From positions 288,001 through 352,000 of the forward strand of contig CAVVPN010000001.1 in the NCBI GenBank assembly GCA_963750165.1: a stretch of DNA of 64,000 nucleotides. Reading direction: 5' to 3'. Positions 9,058 to 18,426 of this stretch are shown one piece after another. The stretch is from an uncultured Gemmataceae bacterium. GTDB lineage: Bacteria; Planctomycetota; Planctomycetia; Gemmatales; Gemmataceae. Below the pieces are notes generated by a model. The model did not search any database. It was not told where the DNA came from and saw only the letters and a list, made by a program, of their open reading frames with translations. The position numbers and the translations under genes are program-made. Within the stretch, counting starts at the first letter, position 1. Every line of letters starts with the position of its first letter.

Positions 9058-9405
9058 ATGCAGGAGAAATTGATTTTCGCCGTGGTGGCGGTCGCCGCCT
9101 TCCTGGGCCTGTGGGTTGCCTTCGGCTTCGGCTGGGCACTGATGATCGTGGGTGCGGTCATGATCGTGTATGACTGGATGATAAACCAGGGTTCCCAGGT
9201 TCCTGTTCACTCCCAGCCCTCCGCGGCGGAACGCAAGCGTCAGATCGCAGAAGACGCAATGGAAACGCTGGACAAGATCGACCCGCCGCTGACGGGGGAA
9301 GACTATGCCGTCGCGCTGCGGAAACTGTGCCGCGCTGTCGAACAGGGCAGGCCCGCGGTCGAGATCAAAACCCGGGACAGGCAGATTAACATCAATATCG
9401 TGTGA
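9058..9405 (+). CDS. Small two-TM hypothetical protein
   Basis: RBS AGGAG and a hydrophobic hairpin. Confidence 0.65.
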   Translation: MQEKLIFAVVAVAAFLGLWVAFGFGWALMIVGAVMIVYDWMINQGSQVPVHSQPSAAERKRQIAEDAMETLDKIDPPLTGEDYAVALRKLCRAVEQGRPAVEIKTRDRQININIV

Positions 9406-9439
9406 CGAACCGTTTGCTCAAGGGAAAAAGGAGAATGTC

Positions 9440-9640
9440 ATGAATAACGATACCTTGAAAGAAATCATGGCCGCAGCGATCGGGCTGTTCGTTCTGTACA
9501 CCGTGGTCAACTTTACGTCACTCGGGCCGCCCATCAGGAACCTCGCACGAGTGCTGGACATCTTCGCTAACCCGGTGGTCCTGGTCGTCGTCGCCGTGGC
9601 CTGTGGCGTGGCGATCTTCTACTCGCAGAGTAAGCAATGA
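9440..9640 (+). CDS. Small two-TM hypothetical protein
   Basis: RBS AAGGAG and two hydrophobic stretches. Confidence 0.65.
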   Translation: MNNDTLKEIMAAAIGLFVLYTVVNFTSLGPPIRNLARVLDIFANPVVLVVVAVACGVAIFYSQSKQ

Positions 9641-9853
9641 CCACCCAATTCACTTTCCTCCGGGCCTCGGCACTGTGCGAGTCGCTTTTCCACACAACCC
9701 GCAGGGTGTCGAGGCCGCTTGGGACACGCGGCGGTCGTCTCGCCCTAACATCCCATTGACTCCGATGCCGGGCGGCAAGACATCGGGATACACGGCGTCG
9801 TGGCCTCGGCCATCCTCCGGCGGCGCATCGGTTGCAACAGAGCGAGGTGTTTC

Positions 9854-10075
9854 ATGCAGATGTTTTTCTTTGGGTTTTTGCTCGGGATGCTGGTGGCGAT
9901 TGCCGTGATGGTTCTCCTCGTGTTCTTCACGCTGCGGGGGGCCAGCAGGGAGTCGGCCGCAAGAATTCTCCACGGCATCGCCATGAGTTTGGCCCACAAA
10001 TCAAAGCCTGGTCCGCCGGCACCGGCACGGGAATTATTGCCGGACAGTAAGCCAAAGCGTGCCAAGCTGGTGTGA
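9854..10075 (+). CDS. Small single-TM hypothetical protein
   Basis: RBS GAGGTG, hydrophobic N-terminus. Confidence 0.55.
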   Translation: MQMFFFGFLLGMLVAIAVMVLLVFFTLRGASRESAARILHGIAMSLAHKSKPGPPAPARELLPDSKPKRAKLV

Positions 10076-10149
10076 GGACCGGATGACCGGCCGGACGCAA
10101 GCCACACCGGCGGATTCCGGCACCACTACCCTGAGAATGCTGGTGGAAT

Positions 10150-10818
10150 ATGAGAAACAGGTCACTCGCCGACCTTCTGACGCATCAAACCCGCGAGTCG
10201 CTGGCAATCCGAATGGAATCCTTTGCCGATGCATTCGAGCGCTTGGCCAGCACGGCTAACCAATTCGCTCAAGCCGATAGCTACGGCCAAGCCGTGCATA
10301 AGGTGGCCAAGGTGCCATTGACTGCCGCCGAGCTTCCGTCGCTTGCGGCATGGCTGAAGAGCAATTGCGATAAATTTGAGCAGACGGCAACAACGACGGA
10401 GCAGAAGGAACAGGTGGCTGCTTTCAAAGAATTCATAGCGGAAGTCAGCGGCCCTGCGGTCAGCGACGCCTTCCAAAGGCCGCTCGTCAACGCGCTGGTC
10501 GAGGACATCCAGTCGGCACTGGCCGACGGACACAGGAATGGCTTTCCCTTGGCCTGGTTGTCAGACGAAGATAAGAGGGATTACCTCGCGACGGTGATCG
10601 ACTGGACCGATTACATCAACCGGGGGCTTGATCTTGGGCCGGACACGGCGGCACATATTGACCGCATCATCGACAATGCCGTGTCCGGGAAACCGGCCGA
10701 GAACTGGATGGGGCGAACCGATCAGGCCGCGGACAAATTTGAGGAAATGCTAAATCGCCAACCGGATCAACCTGCGAACGTGCAAGGAAAGGGCAAGCAC
10801 CGGGACCTTGAGAGGTAG
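10150..10818 (+). CDS. Hypothetical protein ending KGKHRDLER
   Basis: 222-aa ORF in the element operon. No recognised domain. Confidence 0.7.
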   Translation: MRNRSLADLLTHQTRESLAIRMESFADAFERLASTANQFAQADSYGQAVHKVAKVPLTAAELPSLAAWLKSNCDKFEQTATTTEQKEQVAAFKEFIAEVSGPAVSDAFQRPLVNALVEDIQSALADGHRNGFPLAWLSDEDKRDYLATVIDWTDYINRGLDLGPDTAAHIDRIIDNAVSGKPAENWMGRTDQAADKFEEMLNRQPDQPANVQGKGKHRDLER

Positions 10819-10826
10819 GCCGCAAC

Positions 10827-11114
10827 ATGACACTGGAAGAACGGCTTGAAAAAATTGAATCGCTTCTCGGCATGCTGGTCGAACGACAGCAGATCCGCGA
10901 ATGGTACACCACCGAGGAGTTCGCCCGGCTCGTCGGCAAGGCGGAATTCACGGTGCGCGAGTGGTGCCGCCGTGGTCGAGTTCGTGCTGAAAAGCGCCGC
11001 AGCGGCCGCGGCGCGCACTCGGCCTGGGTGATTTCCCACCAGGAACTGCTCCGCTTTCAGAAAGAGGGACTGCTACCGGCACCCGAGTCATTTCACGCCT
11101 GGAACAGGCCGTGA
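10827..11114 (+). CDS. Excisionase-like HTH (HTH_17) protein
   Basis: REWYTTEEFARLVGKAEFTVREWCRRGRVRAEK. Convergent with the integrase. Confidence 0.85.
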   Translation: MTLEERLEKIESLLGMLVERQQIREWYTTEEFARLVGKAEFTVREWCRRGRVRAEKRRSGRGAHSAWVISHQELLRFQKEGLLPAPESFHAWNRP

Positions 11115-11233
11115 GTTAGTGGTCTGAGCAAGGGCGGGAATCCTGTCTAAAACGCTAGACCAAAGCCTCAACCCGCGACGGCAAGCAGCATCCTCGCAGT
11201 GACAAAGACGCTGCTTGCCGTCGCCGCTGGTGG

Positions 11234-12544
11234 TCAGTCGAATACCAGCTTGATCGCTTCCTGCTGCGTGCTCGGCCACAGATGCCTGTAGCGGCGGGAC
11301 GTGGCCTCGTTCATGTGGCCGCACCACTCCTGGACCAACCGCTGATCGACGCCCTTGCTGGCGCAGGCGCTGACGAACGAATGTCTCAGCGCGTGCAAGC
11401 CCCGCATCGGCTCCCATTTCGTACCTGCCAGAACCCGCTTGAAATGGTCATGCACCTCGTTGCGGGTCAGGGCAACCGGGGTAGACTGCTCCCTGTTCTT
11501 AACCGTTGCCATGCGGCCTTTCAGCGACGAGGGCCGCTTTTTTTCATTCTGGTGGCCGGTGGTCCGACTCCGTTTCTTGCTCCGCTCGACGGTCCCCGCG
11601 TGGCAAAACAGGGCTGGCCCGCCCGGGTGCTGCTTCAGCCAGTCTTCCAACACACTTCGCAAAAACGGGGTCAGCGGCACTCGGCGGGTGGTCCGCTGGC
11701 CCTTGCTGCGCTTCTTTTCCCGGACAGTAACGACGTTGGCGGCGAAGTCAACGTCGGCGACCAAGGCTCGCAGCAATTCCGAACGTCTGGCCCCGGTGTG
11801 GGCGGCGAAGCAGAACAGCGGGTGAATCCACGGGTGGACAGCCTTCTGCTTAACAAGGGCCAACAGTTCGGTCACCTCGACGGCCTGAAGGTACAGACAT
11901 TCCCAGAGCGTGTCTGGGTCTCCGCCAGCGGCGATCTGCCGCATGATCTCGTCCATTGTCATGAACGGCGGTTTTTCGTCGGCCTTGGGGTAACGCAGGC
12001 CCTTATTTGGAAAGCGGCTATCGGTCAGGCCCATTGGCTCGCCCCAATTCCAGGCGCCGCGAAGCGTCGCCACTTCCTTGTGGATGGTGGTCGGGGCCGT
12101 CTTGTCCTTGGTGCGCCGGTTGACGTAATCCTGTAGCTTGCTCAGGGTCAACTCGCCCAGCGGCAGACCGTCGCCCAGCACGCGGCAAAAATGGGTGAGG
12201 TGCAGGCGGCAGGTGTCGAGCGAATTGGCCTCGATGGTGCCGTTGCCGTGGGTGGTCAGGTAGCGGTCTTTCAGGATGGCGAGGGTGACCACCTGGCGCG
12301 GCGCGGCTGGCAGCGTTGGCCCCGCATCCGGCGGGTTGCCGTCGTGCTCGATGAAGGTGACGATGTCCATGCCTTCAGGCAGGACAATCAGTTTTTGCTT
12401 CAGGCGCATCAGCAGGTAATCGACCTGCCGGGCCTTGTTGTCGGCCTCGTCCTTTGCGACTTTACCAATGGTAAAGGTGTGCAGTTTGCCGTGGTGGCAG
12501 AAAAGAATCCGGTAGCTGCCATTCCGCTCTTGCAGAGACGCCAT
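11234..12544 (-). CDS. Tyrosine recombinase/integrase
   Basis: Catalytic residues present: HTGARRSE (R), LHALRHS (HxxR), CGH, RRYRH (Y). Adjacent to the tRNA. Confidence 0.95.
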   Translation of the reverse strand: MASLQERNGSYRILFCHHGKLHTFTIGKVAKDEADNKARQVDYLLMRLKQKLIVLPEGMDIVTFIEHDGNPPDAGPTLPAAPRQVVTLAILKDRYLTTHGNGTIEANSLDTCRLHLTHFCRVLGDGLPLGELTLSKLQDYVNRRTKDKTAPTTIHKEVATLRGAWNWGEPMGLTDSRFPNKGLRYPKADEKPPFMTMDEIMRQIAAGGDPDTLWECLYLQAVEVTELLALVKQKAVHPWIHPLFCFAAHTGARRSELLRALVADVDFAANVVTVREKKRSKGQRTTRRVPLTPFLRSVLEDWLKQHPGGPALFCHAGTVERSKKRSRTTGHQNEKKRPSSLKGRMATVKNREQSTPVALTRNEVHDHFKRVLAGTKWEPMRGLHALRHSFVSACASKGVDQRLVQEWCGHMNEATSRRYRHLWPSTQQEAIKLVFD

Positions 12545-12669
12545 GCTTCGGCCCTCCGCAGCATCACGCCAATATCAGGTAAACGACTTTACCAAAATTT
12601 TACCAAGGAGGCTGGTCAAGGAGAAGGGCAAGGACTCCGGTTTCGCCGTAAGTCCTTGCCCTGATTGAA

Positions 12670-12755
12670 TGCCGGAGACAGGACTTGAACCTGCACTGCC
12701 AGTAAAGGCAACCAGGCCCTCAACCTGGCGCGTCTGCCAATTCCGCCACTCCGGC
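12670..12755 (-). tRNA. tRNA-Leu(GAG), CCA not encoded
   Basis: Minus strand reads GCCGGAGTGGCGGAATTGGCAGACGCG-CCAGG-TTGAGGG-CCTGG, then a long variable arm, then GCAGGTTCAAGTCCTGT-CTCCGGCA. Confidence 0.97.
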
Positions 12756-12800
12756 GCGGGATACTGCTAATTTAGGGGCGTCACCACTGGAAAACAAGGC

Positions 12801-14501
12801 TCACCGCCGCAGCGCCCGCGTGACCCGACTGTTGCTCGCCGTGTACTGCCACACCCGCGCGCCGTTGCGGTCGAACTCCACGGCGCCACGCTCCTTCGTC
12901 ATGGCCGTCACCAATGTGTGGCCGTTCGGCAGCCGCGTCGCGATCACCGGCTGCTCCGTCTCCAACTTCCACACCTCCTTGCCGTCCCGGTCGTATTCGG
13001 ACACCTTGTTCTCCTGGCAGTGCGGCACCAGCACGTTGCCGTTCGCCAACCCCTGAATCCGCCCGCCCGACAGGTGCAGCGCCAGGTTCACCGGGAACGA
13101 CCGCACCACCTTGCGGTCCGCGCTCACGCGCAGTATCCGCGGCTGCTCCCGGTCGTTGAAGCCGGCCGACGCAATCAGGCACAACGACTCGCCGTTCGCC
13201 AACTTCACCGCCTTCATGATGCGCTCGCCGTTCGGCGGCAGGAACGTGAACACCGTCCGGCCCTCGCCGTTGATCTCCAGCAACTGCTGCGCAGTGGCGA
13301 TGAACGTGTGGCCGTTCGCCAGCCGCTGCGCCACCACCGGCCCGATGACCGAGTGCTCCCACTTGATCTTCCCTTCGCGGTCACGCTCCGTCACGCGGTT
13401 GCCTTCGTACTCCGCTACCAGCACCCGGTCGTTGCCCAGCATCTGCACATCCAGCGGCAGCTGCAAGCCACCAATCTGCCACAGAATCTGGTTCCGCGCG
13501 TCCACCTCCAGCACCCGGTTCTCGTCGAGCAACACCAGCAGCGTGTAGTTCAGCGGTCGCGGTTGCGCGCCCAGCTGGGCCAGGTTCGCCTTCTCCTGGT
13601 GGACCGCCCACCACTGCTCCCAGGCATCGCGACACTTCTTGCGCTCCTCGGCCTTGTTGCCCAGCGGCACCGCCGGCACTGCCGACTGACCCTCCGCCAG
13701 GCGGTACAGGATGTCCTCCACCAACTCCACCTCCCGCCGCGGCAGCACCTCCAGCAAACCGATCAGCACCGGCACCGCGTCCCGGTCGCCGGCGTAGGTC
13801 AGCACCGCCGCCGTCCGCAGCCGCACTTCCGGCACCGGGTCGGCAAGCAGCTTGCGCACCGCCGCGCGCTCGCCCTTGACGCCGGCCCGCGTCAACGCCT
13901 CGGCGGCAGCACCGCGCCGCGTCGGCGACCGATCCGCCAGCGCCGTCACCAGCGCCTTGTCCGGCTGGCCGTCGCGCACCGCCAGCGCTGCCAGGCCGAC
14001 GCGGATCGCCTCGGCCACCTCGGCGTTGTCCGCCGCGGGTAGGTAGCCTAGCAGCGCCACCACTGCCGCCGCCGGCTTCCGCGCTGTCAGCAGCCGCGCC
14101 GCGGCCGCCGCCACCTCCGGCGCGACTTCCTGCTCCTGAATCTTCTGGATGCAGCAACCCACCCGCCGCACGATCTCCGGGTCCGCGTCCTTCAGGCTCT
14201 CTCGCAGCTGGCCCAGCACTACCGGGCCGCGCGCCATCAGCGCCGCCATCGCGTCCTCGCGCACCCGAAACGCGCGGGCGCCCAGCTGGCGGATCAATTT
14301 CTCCACCTGCGCGTATTCGTCGTCCGAGAGCGTGCGTTTGCGGAAGAACTCCAGCAGCGCCGCGTCGTCCGCTTTCAGACCCACGGCCTGCAGCCGGGCC
14401 TCGTCCGAGTCCGTCTTCCCGTTGGCGTCCACCGCCGTCAGGGGCACCAGGCCGCCGAGCAGCAGCCCACCCAGCAACCACAGCATCCGGGTAACGTGCA
14501 T
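12801..14501 (-). CDS. Exported HEAT-repeat + PQQ-like beta-propeller protein (paralogue 1)
   Basis: Signal peptide, HEAT repeats (DPVPEVRLRTA), propeller blades (RLANGHTFI, RLPNGHTLV). Confidence 0.85.
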   Translation of the reverse strand: MHVTRMLWLLGGLLLGGLVPLTAVDANGKTDSDEARLQAVGLKADDAALLEFFRKRTLSDDEYAQVEKLIRQLGARAFRVREDAMAALMARGPVVLGQLRESLKDADPEIVRRVGCCIQKIQEQEVAPEVAAAAARLLTARKPAAAVVALLGYLPAADNAEVAEAIRVGLAALAVRDGQPDKALVTALADRSPTRRGAAAEALTRAGVKGERAAVRKLLADPVPEVRLRTAAVLTYAGDRDAVPVLIGLLEVLPRREVELVEDILYRLAEGQSAVPAVPLGNKAEERKKCRDAWEQWWAVHQEKANLAQLGAQPRPLNYTLLVLLDENRVLEVDARNQILWQIGGLQLPLDVQMLGNDRVLVAEYEGNRVTERDREGKIKWEHSVIGPVVAQRLANGHTFIATAQQLLEINGEGRTVFTFLPPNGERIMKAVKLANGESLCLIASAGFNDREQPRILRVSADRKVVRSFPVNLALHLSGGRIQGLANGNVLVPHCQENKVSEYDRDGKEVWKLETEQPVIATRLPNGHTLVTAMTKERGAVEFDRNGARVWQYTASNSRVTRALRR

Positions 14502-14558
14502 GGTCCTATTCCTTCCGGCACAGGGGCGTGCCCTTGTTCACCGTTCTGGTTGCCTGTT

Positions 14559-14587
14559 CGTGGGGCAGACAGGAATGCCTGTCCCAC
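14559..14587. repeat. REP-like palindrome
   Basis: GTGGGGCAGACAGGAATGCCTGTCCCAC in an intergenic gap. Half-site GTCTGCCCCAC also at ~16400. Confidence 0.6.
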
Positions 14588-14592
14588 GGGGT

Positions 14593-16257
14593 TCAGCGAC
14601 GGCGGATGCGATACGGCCGGCCGTCGGTGACGAATTCACTCACCACAGCGCCGGCCCGGTTGATCTCCACCGCCCGCTGCTGGCGCATGCTGACCACCAG
14701 CACGTTGCCGTTGGCCAACCGTGACACCGAGGTCGGCATCGTCGTCTCGACCTGCCAGCGCGGCTTGCCCTGCAGATCGTACTCCACCACCCGGTCGTCG
14801 GCGTACTCCGGCACCAGGACGTGGCCGTTCGGTAGCACCTCGATGTTGCCGCCGAGGTTGTACACCAGACCCACCGGGAAACTATGCAGCACCTTGTTCG
14901 TGCCAGCCTCCAGTCGCCGGCATTCACCAGCGGTCACCAGCACGATCTGGCCGTTGCGCAGTTTCTGGGCACCCGCGATGCTCGTCGTCGTCGGCTGGTG
15001 ACGCCAGACTTCCTGACCGCGGCGGTCCACCTCCACCAGCTGGCTGCGCGTGACGATGAAGGTGTGGCCGTTGGCCAACCGCTGGCAGGCGATCGGCTGG
15101 TCCACCGCGAACTCCCAGAGCATTTTACCGGCGAAGTCGCGCTCCGTGACACGGCGGTCGTAATATTCCGCGATCAGCACCCGGTTGTGGCCCACCACCT
15201 GGGCGTCAATGGCGTAGCGGAGCTGGCCGATCTCCCAGCGCACCTGCTTGTTCGGCCCCAGCTCGAAGACGCGGCCCAGTGCCGACTTTTTCTTGCCCTC
15301 CGCCTGGCTGACGAGGGTGTAGCCCAGCATTTTCGGTCCCGCGGCCCATTTTTCCAGGTCCAGGGCGGCGCCGTGCTTCTTCCACCACGCTCGCCACAGT
15401 GCCTGCACCTCCGCGGCGGGCGTGCGGCGGCTCACGACGGCGTTGGGCGATTGCTCCCCGGCCAGGCGGAACAGCGTTTCCTCCGCCTGCCACACTTCTG
15501 CCGTGGGCAACTCGCGCAGCAGGTCGATCAACAGCGGGACGCCCACTTTTTGACGGGTCTCCACCAGGGCCACGGCCACTGGCAGCCGCTGCGCCGGCGG
15601 CAAGCCCGGGATGACCTGGAGCACGTCCGGCAGTTTGGCCGCCACACCGGCCCGCAACAGGGCCTCCGCGGCGGCGGAACGTCGCAGCTTCAACGAGTCC
15701 GCCAGCGCCGCCACGACCGCCGGCTCCGGTTTGCCGTCCCGCACCGCGACCGCACTCAGGGCGGCCCGCGCCTCCTCCAGCACGCTGTCGTCGGCGATGT
15801 GCGGCAGGTACGCCAGCAGTGCCGCAGCGGCGCCGGCCGGCTTGCGGTCGGCCAGCAAGCGCAGGGCGGCCTCGGCCAGTTCGGGCTCCGTGCCGGCGGG
15901 AATCTTCTGGAACAGCACCCCGGCGCGACGGGCGATTTCGCGGTCGGTGTGCTCGGCGGCCTGGCGCAGCTGGGCGCGGGCGGCTGGGCCGAGCTTCAGC
16001 AGCGCCGCGCCGGCCTTCTCGCGCGCCGCGAATTTGCCGGCGCCCAGCGCCGCGATCAGGGCCTGAACCTTCTGGTCCTGCGCCGGCGGCGGAGTGCGCT
16101 CCTTCACGAACTGGAGCAGTGCCGGGCCGGCCGTGCCGAGCTTGGCCTGCTTCAGCGACCGTTCCGCTTCCTGGACGGCCGCTTCCCGGTCGCCGGCGGC
16201 GAACGCCGGTGCCAGCGGCAGCCACCAGAGCAGCGTGAGTGCGGTGAGCGGACGCAT
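14593..16257 (-). CDS. Exported HEAT-repeat + beta-propeller protein (paralogue 2)
   Basis: Start re-called to MRPLTALTLL (signal peptide). Same architecture as its neighbours. Confidence 0.85.
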   Translation of the reverse strand: MRPLTALTLLWWLPLAPAFAAGDREAAVQEAERSLKQAKLGTAGPALLQFVKERTPPPAQDQKVQALIAALGAGKFAAREKAGAALLKLGPAARAQLRQAAEHTDREIARRAGVLFQKIPAGTEPELAEAALRLLADRKPAGAAAALLAYLPHIADDSVLEEARAALSAVAVRDGKPEPAVVAALADSLKLRRSAAAEALLRAGVAAKLPDVLQVIPGLPPAQRLPVAVALVETRQKVGVPLLIDLLRELPTAEVWQAEETLFRLAGEQSPNAVVSRRTPAAEVQALWRAWWKKHGAALDLEKWAAGPKMLGYTLVSQAEGKKKSALGRVFELGPNKQVRWEIGQLRYAIDAQVVGHNRVLIAEYYDRRVTERDFAGKMLWEFAVDQPIACQRLANGHTFIVTRSQLVEVDRRGQEVWRHQPTTTSIAGAQKLRNGQIVLVTAGECRRLEAGTNKVLHSFPVGLVYNLGGNIEVLPNGHVLVPEYADDRVVEYDLQGKPRWQVETTMPTSVSRLANGNVLVVSMRQQRAVEINRAGAVVSEFVTDGRPYRIRRR

Positions 16258-16290
16258 CGCATGGGGTTCCTTGGGAGAGTGCCTTTCCAT

Positions 16291-16410
16291 CAAGTTGTGG
16301 CACGGTCTCCGGACGTGCCTCAAGTTGTGGCACGGTCTCCGGACCGTGCCACAACGGGTGGAGACCGTGCCACAACGGGTGAAGACCGTGCCACAACGGG
16401 TCTGCCCCAC
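16291..16410. repeat. Compound REP-like cluster
   Basis: Two direct copies of CAAGTTGTGGCACGGTCTCCGGAC, then three inverted copies of GACCGTGCCACAACGGGT. Confidence 0.85.
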
Positions 16411-16432
16411 GTAGAAGCGGCAGACACCATTC

Positions 16433-18190
16433 TCAGCGCCGTCGCGCCGCGTAGAGCATGCTCGTGTTATCCAGTTCGATCACGCCCACCTGCTGGCCGT
16501 TGGCGTCCAGTTCCACGATGGGGCGCCGCCCCTGAGCGTTGTACTGATTACTGGCGACCAGCGTGTGCCCGTTCGGCAGTCGCTGCACCGAGAACGGCTG
16601 CAACACGGTCGCCTCCCATTTCTTGTTGCCGTCCCTGTCGAATTCCGCGATCTTGTTGTTCTGATACAGGTTGACCAGCAGGTTGCCGTTCGGCAGCACG
16701 TCCACGCAGCCGAAGCGAGCGCCAAGGTTGCTCCCCAGGTTGAACGTCTTGACCACCTGGTTGGTTTTCGGGTCGATGCGCAGCACCTGGCCCTGCTGTG
16801 TGATGAGCAGTGCCTCGCCGCTGGGCAGCTTGGCTCCGCGGAAGCAGTCGGAGTTCATGCGGTCATGGCGGAACACTTCCTTGCCCTGACGGTCATACTC
16901 CACCACGCCGTTGTTCATCACCACGAAGGTGTGGCCGTTGGGCAACCGTCGGGCCGACACCGGGTTGTTCGGCACCGTCTTCTCCCACTTGACGTTGCCC
17001 CGGAAGTCGCGCTCGGTGATGCGCACGGCGCTGTACTCTGTAATCAACACGCGGTTGGGGCCGATCACCTGGGCGTCCACCGCCATGACGTTGAGGGGCA
17101 GTTCGATGGTCCAGCGCGGCTTGCCGTGCTGGTCCAGTTCCAGCACCTGGACGTGTGGCGGGACGCGAACGTTGTTGACAATGCGCGAGAGCGTTTGCCG
17201 CACTACCAGCGTGTAGCCGACCTGCGTTTTGTCCCAATCGATCTTCGCCAGGTCTACGCCGCCGCGGGCCTTCTGCCACCACTCGCCCCAGGCCTGGGCC
17301 GCCGTCTTGCGGCCATCGGCGTCGCTGCCCAGGACCACCTTCGGAGCGTCCTTGCCGGCCAGGCGCAGCAGCACCTCCTCCGCGGTGGCCAGTTCCTCCG
17401 GCGTCAGGTGACCCACCGCCTCGACCAGCGGCGCGACCGCATCATTGTCCTTGTAGTCGATCAGTGCCAGGGCCACGCGCAACCGCACCTGCGGGTCGGG
17501 GTCCTTCAGCAGCGGTTTCAGCCTGGGCAGCAACTGCTTGGCGCCGGCGCGGAGCAGGGCCGCGGCGGCAGCGGCGCGGCGGACGGCGGCGGCATCCCCG
17601 ACCGCCTTGAGGATCGCCGGCTCCGGCTTGCCGTCGCGCAGCGCTAGCAGAACCAGGGCGTCGCCCACCTCATCGGTAACCGGATAGTTGGCGGCGTAGG
17701 GCAGGAAGGCGAGCAGCACTTCGGCGGCGCTGGCCGGCTTGCGGGCGCTCAGCAGGCGGACGGCGGCGGACTGTACGGTCGGGTTCACCTTCTCCTCGAT
17801 GCCGCGCACCAGGGCCGACACGCGCCGCAGTTTTTCGGCCTGGCCGTCCGGCGCGTCCCGCAACTTCGCTTCCGCGTCGCGCAGCGCCGGCAGCAGGGCG
17901 CCGCCGTAGGCCATCAGTTTGGTGTGGGCGGTTTCCCGGACCTTGAACGACTTGTTGCCGAGGTCGTGGATCAGGCTGGCGATGACCTTGGGTTCGGGCG
18001 GCGTGTGGGTCAGCTGGCGGAAGTAGAGCAGCAGGGCCTCGTCGCCGGTGCCGAGTTTCACGTCGAGGAGGATTTTTTCGTCGGCCTTGATGGCCTCCGC
18101 GGTGGGCGGCTGGAGGGGAGGCGGTTGCGCAGCGGCGACCGTCGCCAGCAGCAGACCGGCCAGGGGGACAAGAGGGAAGGCCAAACGCAT
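16433..18190 (-). CDS. Exported HEAT-repeat + beta-propeller protein (paralogue 3)
   Basis: Start MRLAFPL (signal peptide), DPDPQVRLRVA HEAT repeat, RRLPNGHTFV blades. Confidence 0.85.
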   Translation of the reverse strand: MRLAFPLVPLAGLLLATVAAAQPPPLQPPTAEAIKADEKILLDVKLGTGDEALLLYFRQLTHTPPEPKVIASLIHDLGNKSFKVRETAHTKLMAYGGALLPALRDAEAKLRDAPDGQAEKLRRVSALVRGIEEKVNPTVQSAAVRLLSARKPASAAEVLLAFLPYAANYPVTDEVGDALVLLALRDGKPEPAILKAVGDAAAVRRAAAAAALLRAGAKQLLPRLKPLLKDPDPQVRLRVALALIDYKDNDAVAPLVEAVGHLTPEELATAEEVLLRLAGKDAPKVVLGSDADGRKTAAQAWGEWWQKARGGVDLAKIDWDKTQVGYTLVVRQTLSRIVNNVRVPPHVQVLELDQHGKPRWTIELPLNVMAVDAQVIGPNRVLITEYSAVRITERDFRGNVKWEKTVPNNPVSARRLPNGHTFVVMNNGVVEYDRQGKEVFRHDRMNSDCFRGAKLPSGEALLITQQGQVLRIDPKTNQVVKTFNLGSNLGARFGCVDVLPNGNLLVNLYQNNKIAEFDRDGNKKWEATVLQPFSVQRLPNGHTLVASNQYNAQGRRPIVELDANGQQVGVIELDNTSMLYAARRR

Positions 18191-18426
18191 AGCGCAATTC
18201 CTTGCCGGGGCGATTGCTTCAAACCTCTCAATCATCATAAACGATCCTGTCCGGGTGGGGGAGAGAAAAACTTTGGGGTAATCGGTGGCGCGGCCTGGGA
18301 GGACTGGGGCGGCGCGGCGAGTCCGGGGAAACTGGTTGAGGCGGGCGGCTGCCTCGTCTTATAATGAGACGAGTGATTTCCCTCGTACCCACTCGGTGCA
18401 TGGGTATGAGACACAGGAGACCGATC

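Larger units (their letters stand above)
5283..12669. mobile_element. Core of a tRNA-Leu-associated integrative element; left boundary not identified, may extend to or beyond the window start
   Basis: Tyrosine integrase next to the tRNA 3' end, with excisionase-like HTH, VirD4-like and ParB-like genes. Confidence 0.75.

Noticed and set aside
10827..12544. Prophage
   Set aside because: Integrase and excisionase are present, but there are no capsid, terminase, tail or lysis genes.
16291..16410. Possible CRISPR array
   Set aside because: Units are adjacent or inverted with no unique spacers and no cas genes, so this is a REP-like cluster.
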